Source: Candidatus Saccharimonadota bacterium (lineage in GTDB: Bacteria > Patescibacteriota > Gracilibacteria > Absconditabacterales > Absconditicoccaceae). From it: 32,000 bases of DNA. Both the position numbers and the translations under genes were made by a program. Each line of letters begins with the position of its first letter. Positions within the stretch are counted from its first letter, which is position 1. Below, piece after piece: positions 9,871-19,053 of the stretch. The notes beneath the pieces are model-generated. The model searched no databases and was not told the DNA's origin. It worked only from the letters and a program-made list of their open reading frames with translations. The DNA lies in NCBI GenBank assembly GCA_965231145.1, contig OZ246420.1:750001-782000 (forward strand), given 5' to 3'.

Positions 9871-9895
9871 AAAAAAACAAGGACATGATCCTTGT
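9871..9895 (-). terminator. Rho-independent terminator (minus strand) after the VOC gene
   Basis: acaagga-catga-tccttgt stem. On the minus strand it is followed by TTTTTTT. Confidence 0.6.
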
Positions 9896-9916
9896 TTCTT
9901 AGGCACTGATTACTAA

Positions 9917-10327
9917 TTATGCTTGCTGAGGCATTTTGCTTTGATCCATGAAAAAGATTTCCCAGTGGTGGCCATCAAGATCGAGAAATCATTTCTGATA
10001 CATCCACCCCATGTCCTGACTCTTCTGTTCAGTAGCTCCAGCTGCAATCGCGCTATTTCGCATAGCATCAACCGCTTCTCTACTTCCACAGTCCAGAGAA
10101 AGAATTACCTCACTCGTCTTCCTAGCATCAGCAATCTCTTTTGTAATGAACCCCTTATACATCTCATGCGTGATAAGCATGGCATAAATATGTCCATCAT
10201 CAACAATCATGCATGTCGCATGTGCGTCAGTAAACTGCGGATTGAAAGTAAATCCAAGCTTCGTAAAAAACTCCACTGATTTATTGAGGTCTTGTATAGG
10301 AAGGTTGATGAATATCTGCTTAGACAT
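9917..10327 (-). CDS. Glyoxalase/bleomycin-resistance (VOC) family protein (136 aa)
   Basis: ATG 10325-10327 (MSKQIFINLPIQDLNKSVEFFTKLGFTFNPQF). The TGA at 9989-9991 read as Gly extends the protein to ...MGWMYQKGFLDLDGHHWEIFFMD...TAA 9917-9919, restoring the family-typical ...F.D.DGH.WE... C-terminus. Confidence 0.85.
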
Positions 10328-10400
10328 GGCTGATAAGATAAGATAATATACTAAAAGACGCCTACCCATTCATAGTAATAAAGCGACTAAAGTATGCAAG

Positions 10401-11360
10401 TTAGTCTATGGATTGTACAGAGGTAAATTCCCCCTTTACTACGATTTTTTTATCATATAGCAACTCAAACGAACGCACAGAGAGGACACTTTCAGTTCAG
10501 ATCTTTCTTGGTTCACCTACTAGTGATATACGTATCCCATATGTACCGAGAAAAAAATCATCGAGAGAAAAGTCTGATAAAAGAGTAAGTTTATCATAAG
10601 AAACAATCTTACCACCTTTTTTATCTTTATACACACATATCGTATTGAGAATGTCTGTTATGGTAGATCGAACAAATCACTCATTATTTTCCATAATACC
10701 TTTATAGTAAGGGATATGTTCCCTGTATTGCTCTGCCAATGCTATTAGTTTAAAAACATCGCCGTAATTATAGTTAACGCACTTGTTTTTTAAGGCAATT
10801 CTTGAAGTAATGGGTCCAACAGACTCTCCGACGAGTAAATGATCAGGAATTGTATTTACTCTATATGGCAATGAAAATGCCTCGAATGGAGATAGTATGG
10901 TATAAAAATAGTAATGACCATCTGCATTATCAGTAAATTCACCATGAACAGAAGATGTTCTTTCCTGCACTTTATCCTTTTGTGTCTCTATGTTAAATAT
11001 AAGGTTACCAATGGTCTCATTTCTAAATTTTACATTGATAAAATCACCAAATTTTCTTCCTTGTTTTGCAAGATACGTTGAAAATCATTCTACCATAGCA
11101 GGAAACATATCTGCTCCGTGTAAAAAGTCTTCTGACCATTCAGATGTATTAAATCTGCTAATAAATTCTTTTCCTCCGCGACCTACACACGGCTGGGTAT
11201 GATCTCTTTCTGTGAAAAAATCACCAGGTTGAGCCTGATACCTTATACTGGAAAGCGCGGCATACAAATGTGAACATGTATTATACCCGCGACCTATAGC
11301 CGGATCCCCCGGTAGTCCATAATGTTCGGGCTCACACCCTCCTCTATTATTTCCGTTCAT
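10401..11360 (-). CDS. Hypothetical protein (319 aa), orphan
   Basis: Joins track ORFs 11085..11363 and 10677..10970 plus downstream sequence through three TGAs, ending at TAA 10401-10403. ATG 11358-11360. The N-terminus has scattered Cys/His (GGCEPEHYG...YNTCSH...QPCVGRGG). No family recognised. Confidence 0.6.
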
Positions 11361-11460
11361 CAAATAGCATATAGTATAAATGCTTCCGATTTTACTTACA
11401 AAAAGCCATATGTCAATCCTTTATAGATGCTTGTATTTGTCTTACAGAAGCGGTTCTAAT

Positions 11461-11497
11461 ACAGAAAATCGACCATATGAAATAGTCGATTTTCTGT
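11461..11497 (-). terminator. Perfect 12-bp hairpin downstream of the DoxX-like gene (possible terminator)
   Basis: acagaaaatcga-N13-tcgattttctgt. There is no clean T-run after it on either strand, so its function is uncertain. Confidence 0.4.
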
Positions 11498-11518
11498 ATA
11501 TTATAATACGGCAAAATA

Positions 11519-11911
11519 TTAGTTCTTTGCGTATACTTTATGATACGTGATATATGATGCGATGAGAATGGCAAGGGTGATGAGTGGTGTGAACGTGATG
11601 AATACAAGACCATCGACGACCATATGCCCAATAAACGCTGAGATATAGGTGATAGCAAGGCCAAAGTATGCCCACTCCTTTATACGGGTTGGAACCTTTG
11701 GAATGATGAGTACAAGTCCTGCGAGAAAGACTGCGATAGCAGACTCAATTCTAAACCACTCTGGGAATGGACCGATATGAGTAATTCCTTCCAGCGCCAT
11801 AGGAGTATTTATAAAGAATATTCCAGGAAGGATGAAAAGTGCTAGCACGATAGTCGTGATCCAGTAGATAATTTTAGCACCTTTGTGCGAAGAACGATGA
11901 AACAAATTCAT
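11519..11911 (-). CDS. DoxX-like family membrane protein (130 aa)
   Basis: Intact ORF with TAA stop. Four hydrophobic helices (IIYWITTIVLALFILPGIFF..., AIAVFLAGLVLII, WAYFGLAITYISAFIGHMV, FITFTPLITLAILIASY), typical of small DoxX_2-type proteins. Confidence 0.65.
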   Translation of the reverse strand: MNLFHRSSHKGAKIIYWITTIVLALFILPGIFFINTPMALEGITHIGPFPEWFRIESAIAVFLAGLVLIIPKVPTRIKEWAYFGLAITYISAFIGHMVVDGLVFITFTPLITLAILIASYITYHKVYAKN

Positions 11912-11982
11912 GGACGGCTTACGAAAAAAATAAAAAGTGTAACCGGAGGTATATATAGGAAAGTTGATATATATTGCAATAT

Positions 11983-12726
11983 TTACTCAGGGCGGACGAG
12001 AAAAGATCTCGATTTCCTATTATATGAACAGATGCTTTTAGCTTTTATAGAAATATGTTTTTCTAAGAACTCATTGAAAGCAGCATACTCGCCCATTCAT
12101 TTTATATCGAGATCATTGAGTTTCCGATCATCAAAACAAATGATGAGCGGTTCAGTAATCAATGGCCTTATAAAATCGAGCACTGTTTTCGTAGAGCTAT
12201 AGGTATCGCAATCTATAAAAACAATACCTAACTTCTTAATAGCATATTGCTCTATCGTCTGCGCATTAAGCACCTCATCATATCGGCCTTTTATTCGATG
12301 GATAGTTGCAGGGTCTATATTTCTTTTTCTCATACATAACTGCATTTCTTCAAATGAGCACGAATAGAATCATTGTTTCCATACACTATTATCTTCATGT
12401 TCAGCGCCTGCAGGCAATCACTCAAACGAGTCAAAACCATAGAAATTCATGGGTATATTGGTTTTCTTGCTCGCTGTATATATACTAGACAAAGAAGAAC
12501 CATTGAAGACACCAAATTCAAGATAGTCTCATACTGTATTTCATTTTATCTTTTTCAGCATACATAAGGCACGACGGAAGAAACTATTGAGCCTATGAGG
12601 AGGAACAAGATGGATTGAGCATATATCTTTCACCTCCCCTAACGTATAAGCAGATTTCTGTACAGGAAAAAATCGCCTATAGATTTTTTTACAAAAAATC
12701 TGTAACTTATTGTATCTGAAACTCAT
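11983..12726 (-). CDS. TylF/Methyltransf_24-like class I SAM-dependent methyltransferase (247 aa)
   Basis: Same frame joins 12541..12768 (from the internal ATG 12724-12726) and 12097..12345 plus downstream sequence through five TGAs, ending at TAA 11983-11985. Motifs: GDYLEFGVFNGSSL, YGFDSFEGLP, IVFIDCDTYSSTKTVLDFI.P....PLIICFDD, GEYAAFNEFL. Confidence 0.75.
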
Positions 12727-12758
12727 AGCAATAATGTGAAGAATGTAATGCGTGATAA

Positions 12759-14621
12759 TTATTGTCACATATCAACAGACTGCAAAAAGCGCATAATATC
12801 TATCCTCTTACTGCTATCAGGCTGTGAAGATGATTGTCCAAGATATCTACCGATAACGATACCAAACTCCTCTGCTGAAAGAGTGTCGAATGGTCTAAAT
12901 GAATCCAAAAGATTTGTTTTGTCTCACTTCCACCCCATGAGTCCAAGATTACAGATGGTATGGATAACATCTTTCATCTCTGCATCAAACATACTGTAAT
13001 CAGCAAAGTTTTCTATAGTACACTGAGCATTTTTTTCGACTGATTTCTTTTCTACATTGACTGCGAAATGCGCTATCATCTTTGCTGCTTCATATCTAAG
13101 AATTCCATCATTGAGCCTTGCTTTTGTCAGAGGTAATGTAGTTATATGATGTTCATATGCCCACTTGTATACATCGAACGAGGTTGGTTTATTTGATGCT
13201 ACAGACGCCGTTTTTGATGGAGTTATTATAACTGGTGTTACTTGTGGAGCAACTATACTCGGTGTTATTGCTGGCGTTGATGATGAAGAGCTTCCTCCAC
13301 CACCTCCTCCAGCACTGACTCCACCATTTGAAGGGCTCAATCCTGAACAAAGTCCATCGTATACGGTTGGTGATGCATCTCCCTGAGGACAATTATCAGT
13401 TGGTATAACTATGGGCGTTCCTCCTCCTGGTATGCCTCTATATCCCCGTGCAGCATAATGATCGTGAAGGAACCACAAGGTATTGAGATCTAAAGTGTTT
13501 TCATTGAGTACATTTCCACTAAGATATAATTCCAATGCACCCGAGTACAATCCTCTTGAGGTTATGGTAAGTGATGCCAAAGGATTGTTAGATGTATCTA
13601 ATATGCGAAGTCATGTATTATGAGAAATATCAATTCCTGTAAACACTCCTCCAGTTTGGCCTCCTATATAGAAATAGGTTAGATTACGGTTGGTAGAAAG
13701 ATCTACTGATGGGATCGCATTTCCGTACAAACCTACAGATTCAAGTCTCGTGAGTCCGGAGAAATTGATACCCGTCAGATTACTATTATTTGCAGCAAAC
13801 CTTACAAGTCCTGTATTAGTTGAAAGATCGATATTGCTTATACCTGCGTAGTCGAGATACAATGTATGAAGATAGATAAGACCGGAAACATTTACCATTT
13901 GGATAGTAGGAGTCCAGTTATATGACGCTAGGATCTCTTCAAGAAGCGGATTATTTCTAAAATCAAGACCAGTAAACAAATTAAGACCAAATGCTACTCC
14001 GGTAAGTAAGGTATTGTGAGAAAGATCAATCCATGTCAGACTAGTATAAGCAACATACAATGATCTTAGATTGATATTTTGAGAAAGATTGAGAGAGGTC
14101 ATGCCGGAAGAACCTATATTCAAACTCTGCAAACCTGTAAGTAAAGTAAGACTGATACCGGTAAAAGCATTATTAGAGATATTCAAGCTGAGCAATCCAC
14201 TACTTTGAGAAAAATTGATAGCAGTGATTCCGTTGCTGTAAGCGCTAAATCCCGTAAGATATGGCAAAAGCTGCAATCCTGTAACGATAGCACCACTCAA
14301 ACGACCAGTATCCAAATTGAGAATTTTTAGGCGGCCGCCGCCTATCGTAATAGCTCCAGTAAGAAATCCACTTGGATGTGCCCAGGTAGTGAGATCTATA
14401 TTGGAAAACCAATTACCAGTAGCAATCCAGTTATCACCGCTCGTTTCGTGATAGAGCCAGGCAAGGCCATTACACTCACCATGTGAAATGGCAATACTCC
14501 CTGAATTGGTATCACACCAGATTAAATTGGTAGCAAGATTTGCAGCAGAGACAGTCGATGCTATGACCATACCTATAAACAAGGATCATACAGCTATGAC
14601 CGCTTTTGATATGAATTTCAT
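12759..14621 (-). CDS. Secreted leucine-rich-repeat surface protein (620 aa) with Cys motif, Gly/Ser linker and SLH-like C-terminal module
   Basis: Joins 13611..14582 and 12924..13580 plus both flanks through four TGAs. ATG 14619-14621 (MKFISKAVIAVGSLFIGMVIASTVSAA). N-cap ECNGLAWLYHETSGDNW..GNW. More than 10 LRR units of about 23-24 aa (L..L.L..N.LTGIDLS.N..L). DNCPQGDASPTVYDGLCSGLSP, then GGGGGGSSSSS, then ICNLGLMGWKGDKTNLLDSFRPFDTLSAEEFGIVIGRYL. TAA 12759-12761. Confidence 0.85.
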
Positions 14622-14795
14622 GCAGGATGTAAAAATGTAAAAAGTATTTCTTTGAGGTTTACAAAAACATCCAGTGAAATCAATGGCTGTTCTTTCAGGA
14701 ATACATACACATAAATATTAGAAAGAATTGGACTATATCTGAGGAGAAAAATCTATATATTATCGCCTGTAATGAATAGTTTATTTTATTTTATA

Positions 14796-15017
14796 ATGCA
14801 GACGTATAATATGGATGTAAAAGATTGTAATGGCAATATATTAACTGCCGGCGATTCAGTGATCGTCACCAAAGACCTGAGCGGAAAATGATTTGCAACG
14901 ATCAAAAGATGATCTGTCATAAAAAATATTCGTCTCTCAGATGATACAGAAAATATTGAAGGCAAGATAAACTGAACTTCTATGGTAATCAAAACAATGT
15001 TTGTAAAGAAAAAATAG
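14796..15017 (+). CDS. PhnA/YjdM C-terminal-domain protein (73 aa)
   Basis: VKDCNGNILTAGDSVIVTKDLSGK-G-FATIKR-G-SVIKNIRLSD..ENIEGKIN-G-TSMVIKTMFVKKK parallels E. coli YjdM ...VKDSNGN.L.DGDSV..IKDLKVKGSS..LK.GTKVKNIRLV......KIDGFG.M.LKSEFVKK. All three TGAs fall on its glycines. An alternative start is ATG 14811. TAG stop. Not in the standard-code track. Confidence 0.8.
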
Positions 15018-15036
15018 CTCCTAGGAGCTATTTTTT
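15009..15036. terminator. Bidirectional terminator (18-nt perfect palindrome)
   Basis: AAAAAA-atagctcctaggagctat-TTTTT. Overlaps the TAG of the + gene and abuts the TAA (15038-15040) of rluD. Confidence 0.7.
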
Positions 15037-15037
15037 A

Positions 15038-15997
15038 TTATTTTCGCCACTGTGTTAATTGCAGATCGACATTTTCTCATTCATTATCGGTAAACGCCAA
15101 CCTATATGCTTGCAGATGCATCGGTACTCATTCATCCGTTCCGTAGAGATAATCACCGACTATCGGCAATCCATGTGTTGAAAGATGATAGCGAATCTGA
15201 TGGGTACGCCCAGTGAGTATTTCTATATCAAGATCTACCACCCTTCTATTCTCAGTTCTCAATTCTCAGTTCTCAATTTTACTGAGCATTGAGAATTCAA
15301 CATTGAGAATTTTTGTTATCCCAAGTTTTGGCTCATAGTGTGGCACTTTTGGACGCACCACTTCTGAGATAATATGAGGCATACCGATCGATGCTAAAAA
15401 TCTTTCGCCCTCAGGCGTCACATACGCACGCGCACGATAACATTTTTTCAAAGGAACTTTTTCTTTGTCTTCTATCGAATGTGCAAGCGATTTTGCCTGA
15501 AATAATTTTTTGAAATATGCAAGTCACTCCTCTGTTTTGGCAACAAGCATGAGACCATCAGTCTCTTTATCAAGGCGATGTAAAAGCCCTGCACGGATAA
15601 AATTACCCATCGACGGAATTTCTTTATAACGATGGTATAAAGCACCTACTACCGATGCATTTTCAACTCCCCATACGCTGTTTGGATGAGATAATATTCC
15701 TGCTTTTTTATGCACAACAACATAATCTTTTTTTTCCAATACAATTGGAAGCTCTACTTCCGGCGAGGTTGCTAACACTGACGCTTCCATATATCTTTCC
15801 GGATGAGTGATACTGATCGTATCACCTGCTTTCAGCAGAAGTGACTTTTTAACAAGAGGCTTTCCATTGATGATAATATCTCCACGCGCTATGAGGCGAT
15901 GAAAAAAATTGCGAGTGTATCCATGTACACGCACGAGATAAGCGTCAACACGCTCTCCATCTCACTCATAGACAAATTCTTTCTTCTTTTCTGACAT
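15038..15997 (-). CDS. rluD: RluA-family 23S rRNA pseudouridine synthase (RluD-like, S4 domain + catalytic domain), 319 aa
   Basis: Joins 15524..15934 and 15266..15451 plus both flanks through five TGAs. ATG 15995-15997. S4-like RVDAYLVRV..TRNFFHRLIARGDIIINGK. Catalytic HRLDKETDGLMLVAKT. C-terminal LTGRTHQIRYHLSTHGLPIVGDYLYG. TAA stop. Confidence 0.9.
15248..15310. repeat. Perfect 14-bp tandem duplication plus imperfect inverted copies, inside the rluD coding sequence
   Basis: attctcagttctca occurs at 15248-15261 and again at 15262-15275. Inverted attgagaat units lie at 15288-15296 and 15302-15310. The segment encodes ...EFSMLSKIENGELRTENRR..., which looks like extra sequence between the conserved RluA blocks. 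Confidence 0.6.
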
Positions 15998-16190
15998 ACT
16001 TACTTACATACTATTTTACATTTTGTATTCTATATTTTATATTAATACAAAATTCAAAATATAAAATTTAAAATAATTATAGGAAGTGTATGGATATAGA
16101 TTTGTTTTTAAAGTTATAAAAAGCAAGTTGCAAATAGCAGAAGAAATGATATATGTAAAGAAATTTTACTTTTTTACTGCACGAACTAGC

Positions 16191-17219
16191 ATGAGATTTC
16201 TGCATATTCTTCTCTTTTTGCTTGGAGTACAGTTAATGATCAATGGAGCTTTTTTTTCTTCGCCTTTGCTCACTGCTCTTGGAGCTAGCTCTGTCTCACT
16301 GTTCTTGCTGATATGAGCGAGAAGACATCATCATCAGAGCAATGATATCTGACCTACCTATCATCAGGTAGCTACCCCACATAGCAAAGAAACATATTTT
16401 GCTCCTCTTGCTCTCATTGCACTTATCGGTGGCGCTCTTGCATACTTATTTCTTCCTATAGCAGATATCTATCATAAAACATCTGTGACACTTGCAGGTA
16501 CATGACTCGTCTATCTCCTTCTGGCAACATTTGCACATGGATGGCATATGACCATAAAAAATATATTGGGAAAACTTTTTTCAGGTTTACTTATCCTTGG
16601 CATAGCGGGCATTATTGCATTACGACGAGGTTCTATTGCATCATCTGCTAGCCGGGCATTATCTCAAGTAAAAAATATTTCGTTTACACGTTCATCTATC
16701 TCAACAGGAGACACGCAGGATCTCTCCGGGATGAATAATGAAGAAATAACTCTTACTGGAGAAGTAGTCAGCACCTGAAGCATCGAAAACACAGGAAATG
16801 TTTCTATTTTTCCATGAGATAGTTCAACCCCTGCACCGACACAAACATCGACGGACAGCGAACCTCAAACAACAAATACTATATTGACCTATGGACACCT
16901 TATCCCTTATCTCGTCTATAAGTATCAGCTCAGTGCCGCAAATAAACCCAATGTCACATTTACGTATATCCCGCAGAGTGATGAGAGATATCAGGCATTT
17001 AAGGCGGCCTATTATGCAAAGTTTTTTAGCAGGTCAGTAAACCCAGATAAGCAGGTAAGTTGTGAAAATTATGCGGTATTTGTTTGACTTGCAGATCAGT
17101 GGCCTCTTAGTTATACTGCAGAAAATGTATATTCTGTTTTCCGAGCTGAGGCTGGTAAAAGATGAGCTCTCAACGGATGTAAACCATGAGCATATGTTAA
17201 GCGAGGAAATCTCGATTAA
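16191..17219 (+). CDS. Multi-TM membrane protein with extracytoplasmic C-terminal domain (about 342 aa), orphan
   Basis: One frame joins 16086..16316, 16548..16778 and 16884..17087 plus gaps through about eight TGAs, ending at TAA 17217-17219. The start is uncertain: ATG 16191 (MRFLHILLFLLG) or ATG 16146. TM segments, then a Ser/Thr-rich linker, then LTYGHLIPYLVYKYQL...YQAFKAAYYAKFF. Confidence 0.6.
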
Positions 17220-17254
17220 TAGAAAAGATTTAGCTTTATAGTATATACGATAGT

Positions 17255-18010
17255 ATGACTGAAAATATACAAACCACTCCTACTCCAGCAGCAACTCCGA
17301 CACCTGCAGCTGTATCAGCACCTGCTGCTACGACTGAAAAAAAAGGGTTTTTCAGCAAAGTGGGAGCTTGGCTTAAGGATGGTTTTAGCGATGGAATAGC
17401 AGTTGTAAAACCAAGAGTAAAAGATGTTGCAAGCGCAGTAGGAAATAAGCTTGAAGCAGGAGCAACAAAACTTGTTGATAAAATCAAAGGTAAGAAGAAA
17501 GATGATAAGTCCGCAAGTCCTGTTACGCCAGTACCAGTACCAGTCCCTCCACCAGCACCTGTTCCAGCTCCGGCAACTACTCCTGAAACAAAGCCAGCTG
17601 AAGAGAAAAAATCAACTACTCTTCTTGGAGAGATAGGACAAAAAATTCAGGAAACAGCTGAAAGCGGCATAGAAAAAGCAAAAGATGCTGCAAATAAAGC
17701 ATGAGATAAGTTACATAGTGGCGTAGATAAGGTAGAAGAAAAGATCAAAGAAGGGGTTAATAAAGTAGATGAAGCAGCTGACAAGGCGAAAGAAAAAGTA
17801 AAGGAAACTGCTACCAAAGTGGAAACAAAGACGACTGAAACGATAGATAAAGCGAAGGAAAAAGTAAAAAATATCGGCGAGAAAAAGGAAGAGACAGCAA
17901 CAAGTACTGAAAAGCCTGCTGACGCTTCTCCAGTAGCACCAGCTACCGCGCCAGAACAAACGAGCGCTGAAACTACTCCTCCACCAGCGCCAGCAGCACC
18001 TAGTGCATAA
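17255..18010 (+). CDS. Low-complexity protein (251 aa): Pro/Ala/Thr-rich segments flanking Lys/Glu/Ala amphipathic repeats
   Basis: 17255..17704 and 17819..18010 lie in the same frame and are joined through one TGA (17702-17704). PTPAATPTPAAVSAPAATT..., PVPVPVPPPAPVPAPATTPE..., the central KAKDAANKAGDKLHSGVDKVEEKIKEGVNKVDEAADKAKEKVKETATKVE, and ...TTPPPAPAAPSA. TAA stop. Confidence 0.65.
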
Positions 18011-18040
18011 TCAATACTTATTTGATATAAAAGAGAAAAA

Positions 18041-18069
18041 AGTTTCTGCTTAATGCAGAAACTTTTTTT
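18041..18069 (+). terminator. Strong Rho-independent terminator
   Basis: agtttctgc-ttaat-gcagaaact, a 9-bp perfect stem, followed by TTTTTTT. Confidence 0.8.
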
Positions 18070-18506
18070 AACCGTCCTCGTATAAACAAGAATCAGGAGA
18101 AAGAGATGGTAGGTGCTTACATTCAACAGAGTAAGACAAATGCGCCAACGCACTGGAACACGCCCTCACAGGGAGAGCCCTATTCATCGTCCCCGATCCT
18201 TGTTTATAGGAGAGAAGCTATTATCTTAACCTCTTCCTTGTATAAATCGCCTGAACTAACGTCGATATGTAACCATTTGTACAAGACAAACGCATGTGTA
18301 ATCAAAATCCTATGATTTATGAAGACACCGATCTCGGCAATGAGAGTAGCAGACGACTTATAGAGGGAAGAAGCCATATTTAAAGACCTTTTACATTCCT
18401 CAACAGTTCTATTTTACATAGAAAGAGTTTTTTGTCAAATTTTGTGTCACTTTTTTGCCTCATTTGTCGTTTTTAGGTATAATAGAGTTAGTTTTATACA
18501 ATACAT

Positions 18507-18992
18507 ATGCCATATATGGCTCATAGAGCACCTACATTATCCCCTACCCCACATAGCATTTTATTGGACTGTAATCATGAATTACATGCCATTTCTCATA
18601 GATATGAAAGCATTCTTGCAAAAAAAGGAATGGAAAAAAAACTTATTGAAAGTTTTACGGAAGCTATTCGTGACTATAGCGAATATTTTAATATGCAATC
18701 AGAAAACACTCTTGAAGCATACGCTGACTATCTTTTACATCTCACTGCCGTTCTGGAAAATATCGGTAAAATGACGAAGAAACCATGGAATATATTTACC
18801 GAAACTCTTACTAAATGGATAGAGAGGTTGAACTTATATAGAACAACTGCAAGCGAGATGGATTATCAACTGTTTAGGGCGACTGGGTTCAATAGATTAT
18901 TTTCACAATTGGGCGACCCTTCGGTAAAAAGAAAAGCCACGATACGTATGTTTAAAGAAGCTATTAAAGAAAATTTCATGAGTACAGCATAG
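18507..18992 (+). CDS. Hypothetical protein (161 aa), predicted helical, orphan
   Basis: Intact ORF with TAG stop and no TGA. No recognisable motif. Confidence 0.55.
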   Translation: MPYMAHRAPTLSPTPHSILLDCNHELHAISHRYESILAKKGMEKKLIESFTEAIRDYSEYFNMQSENTLEAYADYLLHLTAVLENIGKMTKKPWNIFTETLTKWIERLNLYRTTASEMDYQLFRATGFNRLFSQLGDPSVKRKATIRMFKEAIKENFMSTA

Positions 18993-19053
18993 TACGTTTA
19001 TCTCAATTACAGTTACTGCATTATATTACTAGTTATATAACCTACATCTCCCC

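Noticed and set aside
14786-14992. 68-aa minus-strand ORF.
   Set aside because: It is antisense to the PhnA/YjdM-like + strand gene (14796..15017), whose translation aligns motif-for-motif with the family once the three TGAs are read as Gly.
17647-18153. 168-aa minus-strand ORF, plus 17236..17487 and 17711..17959.
   Set aside because: They are antisense shadows of the low-complexity K/E/A/P-rich + strand gene (17255..18010), which has a promoter-like box and a strong terminator. Low-complexity sequence keeps the opposite strand open by chance.
18070-18440. RNase P RNA, tmRNA, SRP (4.5S) RNA or a known riboswitch in the large intergenic gap.
   Set aside because: On both strands I searched by eye for GAGGAAAGUCC and ACAGAA..CGGCUUA (RNase P), a GGGG...UUCGAC 5' end and a UUCGAAUCC...CCACCA 3' end (tmRNA), GGAA-tetraloop/GGAAGCAGC (SRP), and the TPP, B12 and FMN cores. 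None is present. The element is reported only as unclassified.
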